Assembly: GCA_051746725.1 (NCBI GenBank)
Contig: JBNJFI010000028.1
Span: 1-21,999, forward strand
Reading direction: 5' to 3'
Length of the DNA: 21,999 nt
Origin: Fusobacteriota bacterium
Lineage (GTDB): Bacteria > Fusobacteriota > Fusobacteriia > Fusobacteriales > JBNJFI01
Part shown: positions 16,335-21,999 of the stretch, one piece after another
Numbering within the stretch: the stretch's first letter is position 1
How the letters are laid out: each line of letters opens with the position of its first letter
Position numbers and translations under genes: made by a program
Notes under the pieces: generated by a model
Databases searched by the model: none
Seen by the model: only the letters and a program-made list of their open reading frames with translations
Told to the model about the DNA's origin: nothing

Positions 16335-16376
16335 TTGACAAAAGTGACTTCTAGTGATACACTTTGACTATCAAAG
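16335..16376 (+). promoter_or_regulatory. sigma70 promoter of feoB2 with overlapping palindromic operator
   Basis: TTGACA (16335-16340), 17 bp, TGnTACACT (16358-16363); CTTTGA-CTA-TCAAAG (16362-16376). Confidence 0.85.
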
Positions 16377-16415
16377 GTAAGTAGAAGAAACACAATATCA
16401 AAAAAGGTGGTAAAA

Positions 16416-18530
16416 ATGAAAAATTTAAAATTAGCATTAATTGGCAATCCGAATTCTGGAAAAACAACCCTTTTTAATGATTTAACAGGTGGTAATCAAC
16501 ACGTTGGAAATTGGTCTGGAGTTACAGTCGAAAAACTAGAAGGATCTTTTGAATATAAAGATTATAAGATAGATGTAGTGGATCTTCCTGGAATATATAG
16601 TCTTGAACCAAATAGCGCCGAAGAAATTGTTGCTAGAAATTTCATTATAGATGAAAAACCAGATATAATAATTAACATCGTGGATGGAACTAACTTAGAA
16701 AGAAGTTTATATTTAACAAGTCAACTCATTGAATTAGAAACCAATTTTTTTATGGCATTGAATATGTATGATGAAGTAAAAAGTAAAGGGATAAAAATAG
16801 ATTTTGAAAAACTTTCAACTTTTTTGAAAAGTTCAGTTACTCCAATTGTAGCTAAAAAATCACAAGGAGTAGATGAATTATTAGATACGATAATAAAAAA
16901 AATAGAGAAAAAAAGTAAAGTAGAAAGAAATCCAAATTTAATATATGATAAAGAATTAGAAAAATCAATTAAAAAAGTTGAAAAGATAATCAAAAAAGAA
17001 AATAAATTTTTTAAATATAGCTCTCGATGGATGGCTATAAATATATTAAAAGAAGACGAAAAAGTAGATGAGATATTGCAAAAAAGTGATTTAAAAGAAA
17101 AAATATATCAAAAAAGAGATAAAGAGATTAAAAGACTTACCAATTTATATAATGATTCTCCAAAGGAACTAATTACAGAACAAAAATATGGATTTGCATC
17201 TGGAGCAAGTAAAGAGTGTGTGAAATTAAATTTAAAAAATATAAATAGGATAGATCTAACAGAAAAAATAGATAAAATAGTTTTAAATAGATGGATAGGA
17301 TTACCGATATTTGCATTTATTTTATGGTTTACTTTTAATCTTACATTTACATTAGGAGGAGTATTATCTGAATTTATTGAAAATGGAGTGGGATTAATAG
17401 CAAAACTAATTGAGATGTTTATTCCTCAAGGGATATTAAATGATTTGCTTATAGATGGAATAATAGGTGGTGTTGGAGGAGTATTAGTTTTTTTGCCTCA
17501 AATAGTTTTATTATTTTTAATGATAGCTATATTAGAAGATACAGGCTATATGGCACGAGTCGCTTTTTTGATGGATAAAGCCATGCATTTTTTAGGATTA
17601 CATGGTAAAGCTTTTATATCTCTTTTTATGGGGTTTGGATGTAATGTTCCTGGAATAATGGCGGCAAGAACTTTAGAAAATGAAGAAGACAGAATAGTAA
17701 CAGCTTTAGTTAATCCGTTTATGAGTTGTTCTGCTAGATTACCAGTTTACACACTTATGATTGGTATGTTTTTTTCTAAAAATGCTGGAATAATTTTTCT
17801 ATCCATTTATGTATTGGGAATAGTAGTAGCAGTGATAACTGCTAAACTTTTAAAAACATTTTTCTTTAAATCTGAATCTATTCCATTTGTTATGGAGCTC
17901 CCCCCCTATAGAATGCCAACAGGAAAATCACTTCTAATTCATATGTGGGATAGAGCCTCAATGTTTTTAAAGAAAATGGGAGGAGTTATTTTAATAGGGG
18001 CAATATTTATTTGGGTCTTAACGTATTTTCCAACTGATATTGATTATTCTAAGACTATAAAATTAAGGGAATCAAAAATATCACAAATGGAAAACGGATC
18101 CAAAAAAGAAAAATTAAAAGAACAGCTCTATAATGACAAAAAAGTTGAAAAAATGGAAAAAAGTTATTTAGGTAGAATGGGACATTCCTTAGAACCTATT
18201 TTTGAACCACTGGGAATGACTTGGAGAGAAACAGTTGCTCTGGGGACTGGAATTATTGCAAAGGAGATCTTTGTCAGTACTATTTCAGTTTTATATAGTG
18301 GAGGAGAAGGAAATATAAAAGAAAAGATGAAAAAAAATGGTATAAATGCAGCAGTTGCATATGCACTAATGGTATTTGTTTTGTTATACGTACCTTGTGT
18401 TGCAACAATTGCAGCTATAAAAAGGGAAACCCAGTCTTTAAAATGGACAGTATTTTCCGTGGTTTATGGGATTTCAATAGCATATTTGCTTAGTTTTACA
18501 GCTTATAAAATCGGTATGTTTATTATCTAA
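16416..18530 (+). CDS. feoB: Ferrous iron transport protein B (copy 2)
   Basis: GNPNSGKTT, GNWSGVT, DLPG, NMYD (G4), LEDTGYMARVAF, GFGCNVP, MSCSARLPVY and YVPCVAT; ATG 16416 follows AAGGTGG. Confidence 0.97.
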   Translation: MKNLKLALIGNPNSGKTTLFNDLTGGNQHVGNWSGVTVEKLEGSFEYKDYKIDVVDLPGIYSLEPNSAEEIVARNFIIDEKPDIIINIVDGTNLERSLYLTSQLIELETNFFMALNMYDEVKSKGIKIDFEKLSTFLKSSVTPIVAKKSQGVDELLDTIIKKIEKKSKVERNPNLIYDKELEKSIKKVEKIIKKENKFFKYSSRWMAINILKEDEKVDEILQKSDLKEKIYQKRDKEIKRLTNLYNDSPKELITEQKYGFASGASKECVKLNLKNINRIDLTEKIDKIVLNRWIGLPIFAFILWFTFNLTFTLGGVLSEFIENGVGLIAKLIEMFIPQGILNDLLIDGIIGGVGGVLVFLPQIVLLFLMIAILEDTGYMARVAFLMDKAMHFLGLHGKAFISLFMGFGCNVPGIMAARTLENEEDRIVTALVNPFMSCSARLPVYTLMIGMFFSKNAGIIFLSIYVLGIVVAVITAKLLKTFFFKSESIPFVMELPPYRMPTGKSLLIHMWDRASMFLKKMGGVILIGAIFIWVLTYFPTDIDYSKTIKLRESKISQMENGSKKEKLKEQLYNDKKVEKMEKSYLGRMGHSLEPIFEPLGMTWRETVALGTGIIAKEIFVSTISVLYSGGEGNIKEKMKKNGINAAVAYALMVFVLLYVPCVATIAAIKRETQSLKWTVFSVVYGISIAYLLSFTAYKIGMFII

Positions 18531-18540
18531 AGGGGGATAT

Positions 18541-18684
18541 ATGCTACAAATTATAATTACAGTTGTTATAGTCTTTATTGCAGGATATTTTGCTTTCAAA
18601 AAAGGGGTGGAATTTATTAAAAATGATAAGGGTAGATGTTCTAATTGTTCTTTAAAAGATAATTGCGATAAAAATAAGAAATAA
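18541..18684 (+). CDS. FeoB-associated Cys-rich small membrane protein (47 aa; absent from ORF track)
   Basis: AGGGGG RBS; translates as MLQIIITVVIVFIAGYFAFKKGVEFIKNDKGRCSNCSLKDNCDKNKK (TM plus CxxCx5C). Confidence 0.85.
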   Translation: MLQIIITVVIVFIAGYFAFKKGVEFIKNDKGRCSNCSLKDNCDKNKK

Positions 18685-18709
18685 GATAAAAAATCTAAGA
18701 TATATTAAT

Positions 18710-18740
18710 AAAGGGATCTCGGAAATTTTGAGATCCTTTT
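18710..18740 (+). terminator. Rho-independent terminator of the feoB2 unit
   Basis: AAAGGGATCTC-ggaaatttt-GAGATCCTTTT hairpin with T-rich tail. Confidence 0.75.
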
Positions 18741-18788
18741 AATTTTATATTTATAAATTAAATCAAAATAAAAAATCTTGTTATATTA

Positions 18789-18817
18789 TTGCAATAATAC
18801 AACGATTAGTGTATAAT
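18789..18817 (+). promoter_or_regulatory. Putative sigma70 promoter of the aro operon
   Basis: TTGCAA (18789-18794), 17-bp spacer, TATAAT (18812-18817). It lacks the feo palindrome. Confidence 0.7.
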
Positions 18818-18840
18818 AAAAAGAAAAAGGGTGATAAATA

Positions 18841-20004
18841 ATGATAAGATTTTTAATCGGTGGAGAGTCACATGGAAAAGCACTAACAGCAATTTTAGAA
18901 GGAATGCCAGCAGGACTAGAAATTTCAGAAGAAGACATAAATAAAGATTTAGCTAGACGACAAAAAGGATATGGTCGTGGTGGTAGAATGAAAATAGAAA
19001 CAGATAAAGTAGAAATATTAAATGGAATTAGATGGAAAAAAAGTTTAGGAAATCCCATAAGTTTAATTATAAGGAATAAAGATTGGGAAAATTGGGTTGA
19101 GATGATGGATCCCAACGGAGTAATGACAGAAGAATTAAAAAAAGAGATTATAACAAAACCTAGACCTGGACATGCAGATTTAGCCGGATTTTTAAAATAT
19201 AATCAATATGATATAAGAAATGTTCTGGAATATGCAAGTGCTAGAAATAGTGCTGCAAGAGTTGCAGTTGGAGCAGTATGTAAAACTTTTTTAAAAGAAT
19301 TTGATATAGAAATATATAGCTATATTACTGAGATAGGTGGAGTTAAAGCTAAAATTGAAAATATGTCTAAAAAAGAAATACTTGCAAAAATAGATGAAGA
19401 TACCTTAAAAACTCCAGATAAAGAAGCAGAAATAAAAATGATTCAAAGGATAAAAGAAGCTAAAGAAAGTGGAGATACAGTAGGTGGAATATTTAATGTG
19501 GTTGCAACAGGTTCTCCTATTGGAATTGGAAGTCATGTTCATTGGGATAGAAAATTAGATTCAAAATTAGCCGGTGCAATGATGAGTGTTCCTGCAATAA
19601 AGGGAGTGGAAATAGGAATAGGTTTTGAAAATTCACAAAAATTAGGATCCGAAGTCCATGATGAAATATTTTATGATAAAAAGACTGGCTATTATAGAAA
19701 AACAAATAATGCAGGTGGTTTAGAAGGTGGAATGACCAATGGAGAAGATGTAGTTATAAAAGCAGTAATGAAACCAATTCCTACATTATATACACCTCTT
19801 AAATCAGTAGATGTGGAAACTAAAGAAACGTTTGAAGCTTCTGTAGAAAGATCAGATGCCTCAGCAGTTCCAGCAGCATCGGTTATTGGAGAAGCAGTTG
19901 TTGCTTATGAATTAGCAAATGCTTTTTTAGAAAAATTTGGTGGAGATTCTATGGAAGAGATTAAAAGCAATCATAAAGCATATATAAATAAAATAAAAAA
20001 ATAG
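18841..20004 (+). CDS. aroC: Chorismate synthase
   Basis: GESHG, RRQKGYGRGGRM, PRPGHAD, SARNSA, NNAGGLEGGMTNG, MKPIPT and ERSD. Confidence 0.97.
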   Translation: MIRFLIGGESHGKALTAILEGMPAGLEISEEDINKDLARRQKGYGRGGRMKIETDKVEILNGIRWKKSLGNPISLIIRNKDWENWVEMMDPNGVMTEELKKEIITKPRPGHADLAGFLKYNQYDIRNVLEYASARNSAARVAVGAVCKTFLKEFDIEIYSYITEIGGVKAKIENMSKKEILAKIDEDTLKTPDKEAEIKMIQRIKEAKESGDTVGGIFNVVATGSPIGIGSHVHWDRKLDSKLAGAMMSVPAIKGVEIGIGFENSQKLGSEVHDEIFYDKKTGYYRKTNNAGGLEGGMTNGEDVVIKAVMKPIPTLYTPLKSVDVETKETFEASVERSDASAVPAASVIGEAVVAYELANAFLEKFGGDSMEEIKSNHKAYINKIKK

Positions 20005-20012
20005 GGAGAATT

Positions 20013-20525
20013 ATGAAATCGAATATTATATTAACTGGATATATGGGCAGTGGAAAAACTACTATAGGAAAGGAACTATCCAAAAGGTTAGATATGAAAT
20101 TTATTGATACCGATGAATTAATTGTCAAAAAAGCAGGGATGTCTATAAATAAAATATTTGAAAAACATGGAGAACAAAAATTCAGAGATATCGAAACAGA
20201 AGTCGCTAAAGATATGAAAAATATAAATAATTCGATCATATCTACAGGTGGAGGAATAATATTAAAAGAGGAAAATGTAAAGGCTCTCAAAAAAGCAGGA
20301 GAAATATTTTTATTATGGGCTTCCAGCGAAACTCTTTATGATAGGTTAAAAGATAAAGAGGATAGACCTTTATTAAAAGTTCCTGATCCAGAGAAAAAAA
20401 TAAAAGAGATGTTAGAAAAAAGAAAAGATAAATATCAAAAAAGTATGGATTATAAGATAAATGTAGATAAGAAAAATATATTAGAAGTAACCGAAGAAAT
20501 AGAGATAATTTACCTTAAAAGCTAA
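20013..20525 (+). CDS. aroK: Shikimate kinase
   Basis: Walker A GYMGSGKTT, DTD, FRDIE, STGGG and RPLL. Confidence 0.96.
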   Translation: MKSNIILTGYMGSGKTTIGKELSKRLDMKFIDTDELIVKKAGMSINKIFEKHGEQKFRDIETEVAKDMKNINNSIISTGGGIILKEENVKALKKAGEIFLLWASSETLYDRLKDKEDRPLLKVPDPEKKIKEMLEKRKDKYQKSMDYKINVDKKNILEVTEEIEIIYLKS

Positions 20526-20548
20526 AAAAATATTTTGGAGGACATATT

Positions 20549-21999
20549 ATGGAAAAGGTGAACGTAGATCTAAAGCAAAAAAGTTATGATGTTTTGATAG
20601 GGCAAAATATTTTACAGGATATTCCTAATTATATGGATGAATATAAAAAAATTTTGTTAATATCTAATGACAAAGTTGGGCCATTATACAGCAAACAAAT
20701 AATTGATAATTTAGAATCAGAGGGTAAAGAAGTCTTTTATTATGAGATTCCAGATGGTGAAGAATTTAAAAAAATAGAAACAGTATTACCAATATATGAT
20801 TATATGGTTGAAAATAATTTTGATAGAGATTCATTGGTTTTGTCTCTAGGAGGTGGAGTTGTTTGTGACCTAAGCGGTTATGTTGCATCTACTTTCATGC
20901 GAGGAGTTGATTTTATCCAAATACCCACTTCACTCTTAGCTCAAGTTGATGCTAGTATAGGTGGAAAAGTTGCCCTAAATCTTCCAGGAGGAAAGAATTT
21001 AATAGGTAGTTTTTATCAACCTAAGTTGGTATATGTTGACATAGAAGTTTTGAAAACTTTAGATATGAGAGAGATAAAAACAGGGTTAGCAGAAATAATA
21101 AAACACAGTGTTTTATGGGATGCTGAGTATTTCAAATTTTTATCAGATAATTCTAAAAAAATATTAAACCTAGATTCTGAGATAACAAAACAAATGATAA
21201 AAAGATCATGTGAGATAAAAGCAAATATTGTTTCTCAAGATGAAAAAGAAAAAGGGATTAGAGCTTTTTTGAATTATGGACATACATTTGGACATGTTGT
21301 AGAAAATCTTACGAACTATAAAGTCTATAGACATGGAGAAGCTGTTATATACGGTATGGTTTTTGCTGGTGAGCTTTCAAAAAAGTTAGGCTTAGTGGAC
21401 TTAGATTTTACAGTTAAGCAAAATGAACTATTTAAAAAGTTCAATATGGATTATATAATACCTAAGTATGATATTAAAAAAGTAATAAAAATATTTAAAC
21501 ATGATAAAAAAGTAAAAAAAGGAAAACTAAGATTTGTTTTGCCAAAAAAGATTGGCGAAGTTTGCATAAAGACAATAAAAGAAGATGAATTAAAAGATTT
21601 ATATAAAAGCATAAATGGAAAAGACGTTATATCTTCCATTGATATTGGTACAAATAGTACTAGATTATTAATTGGAGAAGTTTATAATGGAAAAATAATG
21701 AGAAAATACTTAAAGAAAACTGAAATAACTAGATTAGGAGAAGATGTTAATAAAAACGGATTTTTAAAAGATGAATCGATAAAACGAACAGTAGATACTT
21801 TGGAAAATTATCGTAAGATTTCAGATGATTACGGAGTAAATAATTTTACTGTAATGGCAACTAGTGCAACTAGAGATGCTGATAATAAAGAAGATTTTTT
21901 CAAAAAAGTTAAGGAAAAGACTGGGTTTGAAATCGAAGTAATATCTGGAGAAAGAGAAGGTCAGCTAGCATTTAAAGGAGTAACTTCTGATTTAATCGA
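20549..21999 (+). CDS. aroB: 3-dehydroquinate synthase fused in frame to a Ppx/GppA phosphatase domain (3' truncated by window; absent from ORF track)
   Basis: GGAGG RBS, ATG 20549 and no stop to the window end by manual translation. AroB motifs: DGEEFK, LGGGVVCDL, PTSLLAQVDASIGGK, KNLIGSFYQP, LNYGHTFGH, HGEAV, HDKK. Ppx/GppA motifs from ~21626: IDIGTNSTRL, TRLGE, ATSATRDA, VISGEREG. Confidence 0.92.
   Translation, partial: MEKVNVDLKQKSYDVLIGQNILQDIPNYMDEYKKILLISNDKVGPLYSKQIIDNLESEGKEVFYYEIPDGEEFKKIETVLPIYDYMVENNFDRDSLVLSLGGGVVCDLSGYVASTFMRGVDFIQIPTSLLAQVDASIGGKVALNLPGGKNLIGSFYQPKLVYVDIEVLKTLDMREIKTGLAEIIKHSVLWDAEYFKFLSDNSKKILNLDSEITKQMIKRSCEIKANIVSQDEKEKGIRAFLNYGHTFGHVVENLTNYKVYRHGEAVIYGMVFAGELSKKLGLVDLDFTVKQNELFKKFNMDYIIPKYDIKKVIKIFKHDKKVKKGKLRFVLPKKIGEVCIKTIKEDELKDLYKSINGKDVISSIDIGTNSTRLLIGEVYNGKIMRKYLKKTEITRLGEDVNKNGFLKDESIKRTVDTLENYRKISDDYGVNNFTVMATSATRDADNKEDFFKKVKEKTGFEIEVISGEREGQLAFKGVTSDLI

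Noticed and set aside
250..21639. Short alternative ORFs from the track (250-576, 1060-1362, 1595-1810, 2922-3134, 5474-5662, 7022-7537 set, 9649-9897, 10757-10960, 11079-11504, 11943-12530 set, 13772-14014, 14369-14578, 16721-16993, 18786-19115, 19517-19705, 19961-20290, 21451-21639)
   Set aside because: All lie antisense to well-supported genes, show the F/S/I/L-rich composition of shadow ORFs and have no recognisable motifs.
21615..21671. ATG near the AroB/Ppx junction as a separate ppx start
   Set aside because: It is out of frame with the Ppx motifs, stops after 18 codons and has no RBS, so the fusion reading stands.

Overview
Very AT-rich, gene-dense bacterial chromosomal segment, almost entirely on the + strand, with no recognisable mobile element, rRNA/tRNA gene or CRISPR array. 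The host looks like a low-GC anaerobe and is probably diderm, since it has a likely beta-barrel protein; Fusobacteriota or a diderm Bacillota lineage is my guess, not established. Gene order: pseB; exported porin-like protein; MtfA/M90 peptidase; GH32 fructosidase; small LITAF-like zinc-ribbon protein; SwrB/DUF6115-like protein; SPOR protein; CheY-like receiver; bioA; GNAT-CDF fusion; nfo; mscS (minus strand); a truncated dcw head (mraZ-rsmH-ftsL, no ftsI); a double Feo locus (feoA1 | feoA2-feoB1-small Cys-rich protein | feoB2-small Cys-rich protein); then aroC-aroK and an aroB fused in frame to a Ppx/GppA domain that runs off the window. Three CDSs are missing from the supplied ORF track: 16068-16217, 18541-18684 and 20549->end. 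The strongest unexplained signal is a palindrome, CTTTGA-N3-TCAAAG, found four times in the Feo locus. Three of the copies overlap the -10 box of three near-consensus sigma70 promoters at the same register, which points to a metal-responsive repressor operator that differs from the classical Fur, DtxR and FNR boxes. The AroB-Ppx/GppA and GNAT-CDF fusions and the porin-MtfA-GH32 trio also merit follow-up.
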